A stretch of DNA of 64,000 nt from an uncultured Ginsengibacter sp. GTDB taxonomy: Bacteria; Bacteroidota; Bacteroidia; Chitinophagales; Chitinophagaceae. Each line of letters starts with the position of its first letter. The first letter of the stretch is position 1. Shown piece after piece: positions 48,505-58,831 of this stretch. The notes under the pieces were generated by a model. It was not told the DNA's origin, searched no databases, and saw nothing but the letters and a program-made list of their open reading frames with translations. The DNA is taken from assembly GCA_964526985.1 (NCBI GenBank), contig CAZGNJ010000004.1:94618-158617 (forward strand). Direction: 5' to 3'. The position numbers and the translations under genes were made by a program.

Positions 48505-51504
48505 CTAACGGGCTCTACGTTCACATTTCTCCCACATCTCTACAAAATGTTCACATCCTAAAAACAGATTATTCATTTCAACCATTGACATTCCATTTTT
48601 TGACAGTGATTCAAAGAAATCCGGATAAAGGCCAATGTGTGCCATTCCTTCTCTATTAAAATCCCATTTACGGCTGGTGCCAGCCATTCCGCACATAGTT
48701 AATGCGTCATGTTGAACATTTTCAGTATAATGAACCATTTTAGACCGGTCAGTAGTCTCGGGCTTTCTAATCGTCATGGCATACCCATCAATATCTGACC
48801 CGAAAGATATTCTACCATTTACCAATGTTGAGTGCCTTCTGAGATTCGCTGCAAATTGAACAGGAGTTTGATCTTCCCAACCAATTCCAAACATGCCTCC
48901 GGTCCGGTTGATGGATTGCATTTGTTCAATTGTCCTGGTTTTCTCATTATCATGATTTCCTCTCAATCCATTGTGACCCGAATTTATAGGATAGTCATTA
49001 TCTAATCCGATCTGAAGCATTTCATTCACCGCTTTTTCAGAAGCATGATCCGCATCTATCATCATTCCCTGCCTCATCATTTCTGTAATGGCAAATCTTC
49101 CGAGAACTGACAAGCCTTGCTGGTTCCTTTCTCCACCGGGGGTACCATCGCTCCGCCTGATTTGAGAATACGTATCTAACTGCGGATGAAGATCAAGAAA
49201 TATTTTTTTTGCCAATTGGTATTGTTGTGAATTTTTCAATGCTAATAATACCGGATCTACTAAAGGCTTTAGTGGCAATAATAGTGGATCAGGCGGCAAT
49301 CCTCCAAGATCAATCAAGTCCAGCAACGGTCGTATTGCCCTGATTTTAGCGACTACACTTGTTATTTCCCCGGTTTCTAAACGGAAAGTAACTCTTGGAT
49401 CAGGGGCTGATTCTGCATGATACAAATGCCCGGGCAATATAGAAGGGTACATATCAACCGGAACGCTACCTGTAACAGGTTGCCCGGTTGCATATTTATT
49501 ACTAAAATTAAAAAGTTCATTGTAGAGGGCTGATCCGCCGAATTTATTATCCACAACATGAATCGGAAAAATATAACGGACCCCTTTGTTCTTCAACCTT
49601 GTAATCTCATTTCGTATTTGATCTTCTGTTACCGGTACATTCTCATAAAAATTTCCAATGTTGTCAATTTCCATTCCAATGATTACCGCCATTTTTCCTT
49701 CGTTCACTACCTGTCTCATCCTCGCAGGTGTGGTAACAGTATCTAAGAAATCATTGTGTCTGTGTACAAATGCAATGAGCCCATCTATTTCCCTGTCTGC
49801 TGTTGTTTTATCATCATAAGGAGGGTCGCCACCAAGTACTCTGCCAAGCACCTCGCTATTTACGGTAAGGGCTATGATAGCCTTCAAACCTCCGTCTCTT
49901 GCTCTCCTCAGCCACTCATACCACATCTGTTGGTGCGTCATGGTATTTTGAGCAGGCCAATACCTGAATTCAGGAAACCCTTCATGCGGATGATCTGTGT
50001 GCGGAATTTTGCCGTCCTCTATTTTGTATTTGAATTGGAGTGGATATCCCGCATCCAGCATATTTACAGCTTCTGCCCTAAGATAGTTCCCATTCGGATT
50101 ATCCGTGCCCCAACCGCCATGCATGGCATTGCAATTATTCAACTCAACTGCCGGGTTCCCATCTAATTTTCCATACATGAGTTTGCCCCCCATTCCCATA
50201 TAACTCATAGGGTGCGTGTGCATATCAATAACCCCCCAAATAGGCTTGGTGGACGGTATGTCTGGAGATGGAGGTACCGGATCTGAGAGAATGTGGCCTC
50301 TCGAAGTGAGATCAATATCATCAATAATTATATGACCGGTCGTTGAATTGTCAGTAATTCTGAAACGACATGGTTTGAAAAATTGTTCACTGGTGTTCAA
50401 CACTACTATACGGGAAATATCATTGTTGTGTCCTGTAAAAGATTGTACCAACTTATAATAGCCATCTGAAAAAAGTTCTGCTCCGGGAGTTCCCTGTGGC
50501 ACTCTTTGAAAGAATTCAAATTTAATCCTTGCCGCGTCCTGTGTTCCGCCTATTCTGAAGGAGATTCTGTCTGAACAAATCATAAACGGCAGACTTGTCA
50601 GAACACCGGTTCTGGTTTCATCGGGTGCACGATAACGCTCACTCCAGGGGCGTGATGTATTGATATATCCCCCACTGGTGTAGCTGGAATAAGAATACAA
50701 TTTGTCTTCTATACCTTTCCAGTAGCTACCTCCCAATGGCATGTTAGGCACTACCGGACTGGAGAAGTATGGAATGGTATTTACCTGCGAAGGCTGTCCT
50801 GAAAATGCATTGACAGCAGAAGGTGTTGATGCAGTACTTTGCTCCCATCCGGTCAGGTTGGTAAAATTATAATCAATTTGATTGATCGGGATACCTGCTG
50901 TAGCCCACAGTTTTACCTGGAATGAGTCTTTTCTGTTATCAGCCACTAACCAATACAGGTCGCCGGAAATTTTATTCAATCGCCATTTATAATTAACTTC
51001 AACATAATTTGAATTGGCAGGGTTGGCTTGTACATAAAGCCCGTTCTGCGTGTTAGGGCTCCCGGAAAGGCCGGTCCTTCCCGGAACCCTGAAAGTAGAT
51101 CTTTGGTACACCAATTTTTTATTCGTATTTGATTGCGTACTGATTGTGCAGGTACCATCCGGGTTGGTGGTAACGTTCCAGCGCAACTGGCCATCATCCA
51201 CAAAACAATTGAACATTACTACCTTGTCTGTCTGGCTGTTTGCTGCCCACAAACTTCTGCCACTATGATCAAGAATATAATAACTTCCATTCAGAACCGC
51301 CAGATTGAGTATAGGATGATTGTCCATGTTCTTTATAACCCTATTGTCAATAGGATACACCTTTCTCTGATCAATCGGCTTTGGTTTGTTATCCTTTGGG
51401 TTTATTATAGGTCTTTTTACAGGTTTTTTTAAGACATCTGGTTTGATCTGACCAAACATATTGAGCGAAATAAAAACAACAGGTAAAAAAAGTAGTCTTT
51501 TCAT
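48505..51504 (-). CDS. Secreted multidomain amidohydrolase (M19 membrane-dipeptidase / ceramide N-deacylase-like) with N-terminal lectin-like modules
   Basis: Signal peptide; ricin-B-like QLRW/YKW repeats; TGVLTSLPF..ISFRIGG..GHIIIDDI module; WGVIDMHTH, GMEID, DADH, SGH, FGSDIDG, GMAHIGLYPDF. Confidence 0.75.
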   Translation of the reverse strand: MKRLLFLPVVFISLNMFGQIKPDVLKKPVKRPIINPKDNKPKPIDQRKVYPIDNRVIKNMDNHPILNLAVLNGSYYILDHSGRSLWAANSQTDKVVMFNCFVDDGQLRWNVTTNPDGTCTISTQSNTNKKLVYQRSTFRVPGRTGLSGSPNTQNGLYVQANPANSNYVEVNYKWRLNKISGDLYWLVADNRKDSFQVKLWATAGIPINQIDYNFTNLTGWEQSTASTPSAVNAFSGQPSQVNTIPYFSSPVVPNMPLGGSYWKGIEDKLYSYSSYTSGGYINTSRPWSERYRAPDETRTGVLTSLPFMICSDRISFRIGGTQDAARIKFEFFQRVPQGTPGAELFSDGYYKLVQSFTGHNNDISRIVVLNTSEQFFKPCRFRITDNSTTGHIIIDDIDLTSRGHILSDPVPPSPDIPSTKPIWGVIDMHTHPMSYMGMGGKLMYGKLDGNPAVELNNCNAMHGGWGTDNPNGNYLRAEAVNMLDAGYPLQFKYKIEDGKIPHTDHPHEGFPEFRYWPAQNTMTHQQMWYEWLRRARDGGLKAIIALTVNSEVLGRVLGGDPPYDDKTTADREIDGLIAFVHRHNDFLDTVTTPARMRQVVNEGKMAVIIGMEIDNIGNFYENVPVTEDQIRNEITRLKNKGVRYIFPIHVVDNKFGGSALYNELFNFSNKYATGQPVTGSVPVDMYPSILPGHLYHAESAPDPRVTFRLETGEITSVVAKIRAIRPLLDLIDLGGLPPDPLLLPLKPLVDPVLLALKNSQQYQLAKKIFLDLHPQLDTYSQIRRSDGTPGGERNQQGLSVLGRFAITEMMRQGMMIDADHASEKAVNEMLQIGLDNDYPINSGHNGLRGNHDNEKTRTIEQMQSINRTGGMFGIGWEDQTPVQFAANLRRHSTLVNGRISFGSDIDGYAMTIRKPETTDRSKMVHYTENVQHDALTMCGMAGTSRKWDFNREGMAHIGLYPDFFESLSKNGMSMVEMNNLFLGCEHFVEMWEKCERRAR

Positions 51505-51617
51505 GATGTTTATTTGGTTGAATTAAAATTGGGGGTTTATAGTTGGCTCCCGATAAGTTTCCTTTTTTGAAAAATATCCGGCAAAGCAGCATTGATCCTT
51601 TAATTACTTAATTTTCT

Positions 51618-52178
51618 TTAATCACCACCTACATTCAAACACTTCACATGCTTTGCATTGACATATTGAAATCTTAACTTGTCCCTGTTGCACAGCCACG
51701 CACGCTTCACATACTTTGCGTATTCACCTTTGCCGGGATATATCAATGCCACGATGATCTGGCCTTCTGTTTCTCCTTCCTGGCAACCGGCTACGCTGAT
51801 AGCCCACCCTTTGGAAATGTAATTCACCTCAATGACATCAACGATGTAATGAACCTTCTTCACTGTATCATCTACCTGGCTCATGACGACCACACCTTTG
51901 TCTCCTTTCAGTAATACATCAACAAACAGAGGTTGCGGATCATCTATATCTGAAATAAGCGTCCCTTCACAATGACTGTATCCTTTCAATCCCGGTATTT
52001 TATGCTCATCGATGAACGATTTCCCAATAATGGTTTTCAGCTTTGGGGCATATCGCCCCTGAGCATGAGCAGGCGTTAATGATGACAGCATCACCAGCAT
52101 TGAGATAGAAAAAGCATAGGAAATAAGTCCGGAAAGTTTCATTGCCAGAGTTTGGTTGAGAATACTTTTATTTTTCAA
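51618..52178 (-). CDS. Hypothetical exported protein
   Basis: Signal peptide ending AHA; four Cys; no recognised motif; the start may be further downstream (MKLSGL). Confidence 0.65.
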   Translation of the reverse strand: MKNKSILNQTLAMKLSGLISYAFSISMLVMLSSLTPAHAQGRYAPKLKTIIGKSFIDEHKIPGLKGYSHCEGTLISDIDDPQPLFVDVLLKGDKGVVVMSQVDDTVKKVHYIVDVIEVNYISKGWAISVAGCQEGETEGQIIVALIYPGKGEYAKYVKRAWLCNRDKLRFQYVNAKHVKCLNVGGD

Positions 52179-52481
52179 TCTCTCTCATTATAGAAGAAGA
52201 GAACAAATTACTTTTTGATAACCAGAACCCTTGGTTACCGTTGATGGGCGGCAGATATTATCAGGTTTGCACTGTTCATTCTTACAAAAGGTCACCGAAA
52301 GAAGATTCAAAATATTTCAAATACGAAATACAATCTCTCCATCAATTTGACTGCAAACTAATACCTGCACCGGGTGTTTGCAACTACATAATGATGTAGT
52401 GATGTGGCTTGACTTTTTGACCAGGATTTCAACTATCGACTGTGCAAAAAGGTAAAATACCCAGCCGGCAGAAAAAAATAT

Positions 52482-52512
52482 TTTGAATTATTAACACTGT
52501 TAATTAGTTTTG
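52482..52512 (+). promoter_or_regulatory. Bacteroidota promoter (TTTG-N19-TAGTTTTG) with an embedded TetR operator ATTAACACTGTTAAT
   Basis: -33 TTTG 52482-52485; palindrome 52490-52504; -7 box 52505-52512. Confidence 0.85.
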
Positions 52513-52528
52513 CACTTTAATTAAAAAA

Positions 52529-53176
52529 ATGATTTTGAAATCAAAGCGAAGGGAGATATCCAGGGAAAGTATTCTGAAAGCAGCTAAGGAGTTGTTTTTG
52601 AAAAATGGATATGAGGCCACCTCGATCCGCAATATTGCGGCAGAGATTGGAATCAGCCCTACCACCATTTACCTGTACTACAAAGACAAGGCAGAAATCG
52701 TCCATGCGCTTCACCAGGAAGGATTCAAAATGCTGGCTGCACAATTTCAGGCACTGAGCCACGTGGAAGAACCTTTTGAACGGTTGAAAGCGATGGGGCG
52801 CTGTTACATGAAGTTCGCTATGGAGAACCGGGACTTCTATGAGATCATGTTCGTGATGAGAGAGCCTTTGGAGCATTTACAGGAAGAAAATAAGAAAGGA
52901 AAAGGTGTTGTTGATTCCTGCTGGATGGAGGGCGATGCAGCTTTTCAGTCATTGATCAATACTGTAACGGATTGTCAGAAGCACGGTTATTTCAAAGGCT
53001 TTGATTCCCACATTCTCGCTTTACTGATATGGTCCAACATGCACGGCTTGTGTGTACTGAAAAATGATGGCCGCCTGGAACTGCTTTCCAAGAAAGCCAT
53101 CGGAGAGAAAACGGATGTGTCGCAAATACTGCATAAGAGTTTTGAGATTTATGCAAGTATGCTGAAGAAGATTTAA
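52529..53176 (+). CDS. TetR/AcrR family transcriptional regulator
   Basis: ILKAAKELFLKNGYEATSIRNIAAEIGISPTTIYLYYKDK HTH; W..MHG in the C-terminal domain. Confidence 0.95.
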   Translation: MILKSKRREISRESILKAAKELFLKNGYEATSIRNIAAEIGISPTTIYLYYKDKAEIVHALHQEGFKMLAAQFQALSHVEEPFERLKAMGRCYMKFAMENRDFYEIMFVMREPLEHLQEENKKGKGVVDSCWMEGDAAFQSLINTVTDCQKHGYFKGFDSHILALLIWSNMHGLCVLKNDGRLELLSKKAIGEKTDVSQILHKSFEIYASMLKKI

Positions 53177-53191
53177 TTTTTTACATAACTA

Positions 53192-53206
53192 ATTAACACT
53201 GTTAAT
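53192..53206 (+). promoter_or_regulatory. Second identical TetR operator before tolC
   Basis: ATTAACACTGTTAAT, identical to 52490-52504. Confidence 0.85.
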
Positions 53207-53210
53207 AATT

Positions 53211-54569
53211 ATGAAGTCAACATATATAATATTGAACTTGTTGTTTACACTGTTTACCATGCAGGCATTTACTCAAACCGTACCTGGAAAATATTTGGAC
53301 AGTGCTCTGAAAAACAACATTGTGTTGCAACAAAAAAATATATCCTTGCGTGAAGCTGCACTCGCTTTGGATAATGCAAGGAGTTTGTTTTATCCCACGG
53401 TAGGATTACAGGCAGGATACACAACCGGTGCAGGGGGCCGTGATATTGATATCCCTTTGGGCGATTTATTGAATGGCGCTTATTCAACACTGAATGACCT
53501 GACCCAATCACAAAAATTCCCTCAATTGAAAAATCAGAAGATCAATTTCTTCCCAACTAATTTTTATGATGTAAAAGTCCATTCAGAAGTTCCGATCATC
53601 AACGCTGAACTAAAGTATAACAAGCGGATCAAAGAACAACAGGTACAGTTGAGTGATTATGATGCGGACATTTATAAAAGAGATTTGGTTGAAAAAGTAA
53701 AGACGGCTTACTTCCAATATTTACAGGCTTTGGATGCAGTCCATGTTTATACTTCGGCGCTGTCTCTTGCAGAAGAAGGCAGGCGGGTCAATCAAAAATT
53801 ATTGGACAATGGTAAGGGGCTTCCGGCATACCTGCTGAGATCGGAAAGTGAAATAGAAACGGTACAATCAAAAATAACGGAGGCAACACAGAATGCAGAT
53901 AATGCCAAACGCTATTTCAATTTTTTATTGAACAGAGACCAGCAGGATTCCATACAGGTGGCTGACCAATCAGGAAATGCCGGCGATATGGTGTTGCCAC
54001 TTTTAGGTGAGGATCCCAACACTTCCGGCAGGGAAGAGTTGAAGCAATTGGATGAAGTGATCACACTGCAAAAAAATGTTTCCCTGCTAAACAAGGCTTC
54101 GCAATATCCAACGCTCAATGGTTTTCTCGATGTAGGCTCACAGTCTGAAAACTGGCAATTCAATAAACAGACGAGATATTACCTGGCCGGTGTTCAACTG
54201 AAAATTCCTTTGTTTGAGGGTGGGCGCAATAAAAACAAATTGAAAGAATCTGATCTTTCAATAGAAAATGCGCAACTGAACCTGGACCTGGTGAAAAAGC
54301 AATTAGAACTGAGTAGTAATGTTGCTAAGAACAAATTGAGATCGGCCAATCAGAATTATTTGTCTGCACAAAAAAGATTAGAATCTGCAAGTACCTACCA
54401 ACGCCTGATTGACAAAGGTTATCGCGAAGGCGTCAATACTTATTTAGAAACCATTGATGCCCGCAATCAATTGACCCAGGCTCAGATTGATGTGAGTATA
54501 AACCGGTACAAAATGCTGGAGGCTCGTGTAAAATTAGAAAGAGAAACCGCTTCATTCCCAATAAAATAA
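53211..54569 (+). CDS. TolC-family outer-membrane efflux protein
   Basis: Signal peptide; ALKNN, YPTV/YPTL, IPLFEGG, YREG..YLETIDA. Confidence 0.92.
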   Translation: MKSTYIILNLLFTLFTMQAFTQTVPGKYLDSALKNNIVLQQKNISLREAALALDNARSLFYPTVGLQAGYTTGAGGRDIDIPLGDLLNGAYSTLNDLTQSQKFPQLKNQKINFFPTNFYDVKVHSEVPIINAELKYNKRIKEQQVQLSDYDADIYKRDLVEKVKTAYFQYLQALDAVHVYTSALSLAEEGRRVNQKLLDNGKGLPAYLLRSESEIETVQSKITEATQNADNAKRYFNFLLNRDQQDSIQVADQSGNAGDMVLPLLGEDPNTSGREELKQLDEVITLQKNVSLLNKASQYPTLNGFLDVGSQSENWQFNKQTRYYLAGVQLKIPLFEGGRNKNKLKESDLSIENAQLNLDLVKKQLELSSNVAKNKLRSANQNYLSAQKRLESASTYQRLIDKGYREGVNTYLETIDARNQLTQAQIDVSINRYKMLEARVKLERETASFPIK

Positions 54570-54582
54570 AATTCCATCACAA

Positions 54583-55629
54583 ATGAAAATAAGAATATTT
54601 GTTGCGCTGCTGTTGTTGGTAACCATCGTCAGTGCATGTAAGGACAGCAATACAGAAAAAGAAGTGATCAATGAAGACATCATTCCTGTAAAAATTATGC
54701 CGGTAATGAGAGACACTTTGTCCACTTCGTTCAAATCGTCCGGATACTTTACAACAGAAAATGAAACACCGCTTTCATTCAAGAACGGTGGAATCATTCA
54801 GGCTGTTTATGTAAAGGAAGGTGACGCGATCAAAGCAGGTCAGTTGCTGGCTAAGGTGGATGGCGCTGAGATTCGCGCTGCCACTCAACAGGCAGAACTC
54901 GCTTATCAAAAAGCGTTGCGCGATCTTCAAAGAGCTACAAATTTGTATTATGATAGTGTAGCCACTTTAGAGCAGATGCAAAATGCAAAGACGGCTTTGG
55001 AACTGGCGAAGCAACAAAAGGCTGCTGCTGATTTTAATAATAGACATTCGGAGATCAGGGCATTGAGTAATGGCGTTGTCCTGAAAAAATATTTGAATGC
55101 AGGGCAGATAGCAGGGCCGGGTATGCCGGTATTGTTGGTAAACAGCACGGCTAAGAGCGGATGGATATTAAAAACAGGAGTGAGCGATTATCAATGGTCT
55201 TCTGTTCGGGAAGGTGATGATGCAGAAATCACAACGGATGCGGCGCCGGGAAAAATTATTCATGCAACCGTATTGAAAAAGAGTGAAGGCATTGATCCGC
55301 AAACCGGCGCTTTCACCATTCAACTGTCCATCAAAAATTCCGGTGGTGTACCGCTTGCTTCAGGGCTATTTGGTAAGGCTACCTTATTTCCTTCCAAGAA
55401 AATAAATGGTTGGAGTATTCCTTATGATGCGCTGCTGGATGGAGATGAAAACTCAGGATTTGTCTTTATTACCAATGATAAAAAAACAGCACAAAAAATC
55501 AAGGTGGATATTTCTAAGATCGCACACAACAACGTGATTATTGATAATGGTCTGGCAGACGCAAATTACCTGATTGTTTCAGGAAGTGCATATCTGAAAG
55601 ATGGTTCTTCTATCAAAGTGATCAATTAA
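54583..55629 (+). CDS. RND efflux periplasmic adaptor (MFP) lipoprotein
   Basis: Lipobox VSAC; LSFKNGGII..VKEGD; coiled-coil hairpin; IPYDAL. Confidence 0.93.
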   Translation: MKIRIFVALLLLVTIVSACKDSNTEKEVINEDIIPVKIMPVMRDTLSTSFKSSGYFTTENETPLSFKNGGIIQAVYVKEGDAIKAGQLLAKVDGAEIRAATQQAELAYQKALRDLQRATNLYYDSVATLEQMQNAKTALELAKQQKAAADFNNRHSEIRALSNGVVLKKYLNAGQIAGPGMPVLLVNSTAKSGWILKTGVSDYQWSSVREGDDAEITTDAAPGKIIHATVLKKSEGIDPQTGAFTIQLSIKNSGGVPLASGLFGKATLFPSKKINGWSIPYDALLDGDENSGFVFITNDKKTAQKIKVDISKIAHNNVIIDNGLADANYLIVSGSAYLKDGSSIKVIN

Positions 55630-55688
55630 TATCACAGTAGGGTAATCTAAACTTTCTAAACAACCTAAACCATCTCAACCATCTCAAA

Positions 55689-58600
55689 ATGAAAATTACA
55701 AACTACGCGATAAAAAATTATCAGTTCACACTCATCATGGTACTGATGGTAGCAGCGCTTGGTGTTTCCAGCATTTTGAAAATGCCGCGGGCCGAAGATC
55801 CTACAATGGATGCGCCTAAGTTTCCGGTTACGGTGATCTATCCCGGTACCAGCCCACAGGACATGGAAGAGTTAGTGGTAAAGCCTTTGGAGAAAAAAAT
55901 TTACGGCCTTGATAATATCAAAAGAATCAAAACTACCATTGACGACGGTCTTGCATTGATCTTTGTAGAATATGAATACAGCAGCAATGTAGATGATAAA
56001 TACCAGGAACTGACCCGCGAAATCAACAGCATGAGAAGCCAGTTACCACCGGATATCTACAGCATTAAAGTGGATAAGATAGACCCTTCATCTGTCAACG
56101 TATTGCAGATGGAACTGGTATCTGAAAATGTTTCAAGAAATAACCTGAGAAAGGCAGCTGATAACTTACAGGATGCTCTCGAAAAAGTGAGCGGGCTCAA
56201 AGATGTAAAGATTGACGGATTGCCCGACCCGGTGATCAGGGTGGATTTGCAATTGGAAAAAATGAGTCAACTGAAAATTCCTGCAGATGTTGTGGCCAAT
56301 GTATTAAAAGCTGATCTTACCAACATTCCGGGTGGAAGTATCAACGAAGGCAACAAGACTTTCAACATCAAGACCAGTGCGGATTTTGAGTCCATTGACC
56401 AGGTACAAAACATCATCATCACCGGATCAGAAAAAGGTAACATCCGTTTAAAAGATATAGCCAACGTGTATTTTGATTATGCGCAGCAAAAACATATTGT
56501 GCGCCTCAATGGTCATCGTGCCATAACGGTAACGGCTGCACTAAAAAAAGGCGAGAATATTACTGATGTGCAAAAGGCTTATCTGCCTGTGATCAAAATT
56601 TTCAAAGAAACCCTGCCATCCAATATAGACCTTGTATTACATTTTGACCAGGCGGATAATGTGAGCCATCGTTTGGGCGGATTGGGAAAAGATTTTTTGA
56701 TCGCTATCGGTTTGGTATTGCTTACGTTGTTGCCATTGGGCAACAGGGCTTCCTTTGTAGTGATGATGGCCATTCCATTATCGTTAGCCATTGGTGTTAT
56801 ACTATTGAATGTTTTTGGATATAGCCTGAACCAGTTGAGTATTGTTGGCTTTGTAGTGGCGTTGGGCTTGTTGGTTGACGACAGCATAGTAGTGGTAGAA
56901 AATATAGAACGATGGATGCGTGAAGGACACAGCCGGCTGAACGCAACGTTGAAGGCCACCGGGCAAATCACCAAAGCTGTGTTGGGTTGTACGGCTACAC
57001 TCGTCATCGCATTTATGCCTTTATTGTTTTTACCGGAAGAGTCGGGAGATTTTATCAGGAGCCTTCCTGTGGCCATCATTTCTACAATAGTCGGGTCTTT
57101 GATTGTAGCGCTTACCGTTGTTCCGTTTTTTTCCAGCAGAATATTGAGGCCTTCTGAAAATGAACACGGTAATATTTTCCTACAGTATTTACAAAAAGGA
57201 ATTCACAAAACGTATGCACCACTGTTAGACAGAGGATTGAAACATCCGGTGATTACCTTGCTCATTGCAGCAGCTATCTTTGGTGGGGCGCTGGCACTGA
57301 TTCCTGTGATTGGCGTTAGCTTATTCCCCGCTTCAGAGAAGCCACAATTTATTATTGACATTGCAGCGCCATTGCAATCCAATATCTATTACACAGATTC
57401 TATTACGCAGGAAATTGAAAAAGACCTGAAGAAAATTCCGCAGGTGGAATATTACACTTCCAACGTAGGAAAAGGAAATCCGCAGATTTATTACAATGTG
57501 ATTCAACACAACGAAAGCAGTGAGTTCGCAGAAATATTTGTGCAGTTGAAAGAAGACATCAATGCCAAAGAAAAAACTAAGATCATCGAATCGCTGAGGA
57601 ATCAATGGACACCTTACCCGGGAGCAAAAATAGAAGTGAAAGATTTTCAACAGGGCGTGCCGATGATCGCACCCGTAGAAGTAAAACTGTTGGGAAATAA
57701 CTTAGATACATTGCGCCAGTTGGCAGCAAGAGTGGAAACACTTTTGGATAGTACTCAGGGCACCATTTATGTCAACAACAACATCCGCAATTTCAAATCC
57801 GATATCAGGGTAAAGGTGAATAAAGAGAAAGCACAATCACTCGGAGTGCCGATGATCAATGTAAGCCGTGCAGTTCGTATGGCTATCGCCGGAATTCCTG
57901 TAGGAAAGTTCAACAGCCCTGATGAAGAGAGTACGGATTATGAAGTACTCATCACTACTTCACATCCCGACTATCCGAATCTGAATGTGTTCAATAATCT
58001 GAATGTAACCGGTGTGGCAGGAAATGCAGTGCCACTAAGCCAGATAGCACAACTTACCCTGGAACGCTCACCCGTAAGCATAAATCATTTGGATAAGGAA
58101 AGAACTACATCCGTTACGGCTTATGTACGCAAGGGTTTCATCAATGACAAAGTCATTAAAGATGTGATGGACAAAATGAATACTATTCATTTGCCCAAAG
58201 GTTATACCTACCAAATGGGAGGTGAGATGGAAAGCCGGCAGCAATCATTTCATGGATTTACCAATGTCATTCTTGTAGCGTCGTTTTTATTCATTGCTGT
58301 GCTCATTCTTCAATTCGGAACCATCAAGAGTACTTTGATTGTTTTGTCTGTAATACCATTGGGAATTGTTGGAGCAGTGATTGCATTGCTGATCACAGGA
58401 CAAACGCTTTCATTCGTAGCAACCATTGGATTGATTGCGTTAGCAGGTATCGAAGTCAAGAATACTATTTTACAGGTGGACTTCACCAATGAATTGCGAC
58501 AGCATGGAATGCCGCTCATTGAAGCCATTGAAAAAGCAGGAGAGGCGCGGTTTCTGCCGATTCTGTTGACCACCTTCACAGCGATTGGTGGATTGACTCC

Positions 58601-58766
58601 GATAGCTTTGTCCAGCAATCCATTGATATCACCATTGGCTATTGTGATGATCGGGGGATTGATCAGTTCGACTTTGCTATCTAGAATTGTTACACCGGTG
58701 ATGTATAAAATTATTCCACCGAAGGTGGAAGAGAAAGCTGTCGGAACCGCAGGTCAGACAGCGTAG
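55689..58766 (+). CDS. RND efflux permease (AcrB/AcrD/AcrF family)
   Basis: YPGTSPQDMEELV, AIPLS, ALGLLVDDSIVVVENI, RFLPILLTT. Confidence 0.95.
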   Translation: MKITNYAIKNYQFTLIMVLMVAALGVSSILKMPRAEDPTMDAPKFPVTVIYPGTSPQDMEELVVKPLEKKIYGLDNIKRIKTTIDDGLALIFVEYEYSSNVDDKYQELTREINSMRSQLPPDIYSIKVDKIDPSSVNVLQMELVSENVSRNNLRKAADNLQDALEKVSGLKDVKIDGLPDPVIRVDLQLEKMSQLKIPADVVANVLKADLTNIPGGSINEGNKTFNIKTSADFESIDQVQNIIITGSEKGNIRLKDIANVYFDYAQQKHIVRLNGHRAITVTAALKKGENITDVQKAYLPVIKIFKETLPSNIDLVLHFDQADNVSHRLGGLGKDFLIAIGLVLLTLLPLGNRASFVVMMAIPLSLAIGVILLNVFGYSLNQLSIVGFVVALGLLVDDSIVVVENIERWMREGHSRLNATLKATGQITKAVLGCTATLVIAFMPLLFLPEESGDFIRSLPVAIISTIVGSLIVALTVVPFFSSRILRPSENEHGNIFLQYLQKGIHKTYAPLLDRGLKHPVITLLIAAAIFGGALALIPVIGVSLFPASEKPQFIIDIAAPLQSNIYYTDSITQEIEKDLKKIPQVEYYTSNVGKGNPQIYYNVIQHNESSEFAEIFVQLKEDINAKEKTKIIESLRNQWTPYPGAKIEVKDFQQGVPMIAPVEVKLLGNNLDTLRQLAARVETLLDSTQGTIYVNNNIRNFKSDIRVKVNKEKAQSLGVPMINVSRAVRMAIAGIPVGKFNSPDEESTDYEVLITTSHPDYPNLNVFNNLNVTGVAGNAVPLSQIAQLTLERSPVSINHLDKERTTSVTAYVRKGFINDKVIKDVMDKMNTIHLPKGYTYQMGGEMESRQQSFHGFTNVILVASFLFIAVLILQFGTIKSTLIVLSVIPLGIVGAVIALLITGQTLSFVATIGLIALAGIEVKNTILQVDFTNELRQHGMPLIEAIEKAGEARFLPILLTTFTAIGGLTPIALSSNPLISPLAIVMIGGLISSTLLSRIVTPVMYKIIPPKVEEKAVGTAGQTA

Positions 58767-58772
58767 TATTGA

Positions 58773-58814
58773 TTTCAACATAGCCCACGGTTTAAACCGA
58801 GGGCTATGTTGAAA
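58773..58814. repeat. REP-like long palindrome
   Basis: TTTCAACATAGCCCACGGTTTAAACCGAGGGCTATGTTGAAA, near-perfect inverted repeat with one mismatch. Confidence 0.8.
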
Positions 58815-58831
58815 CATTAAAACAAATCATC

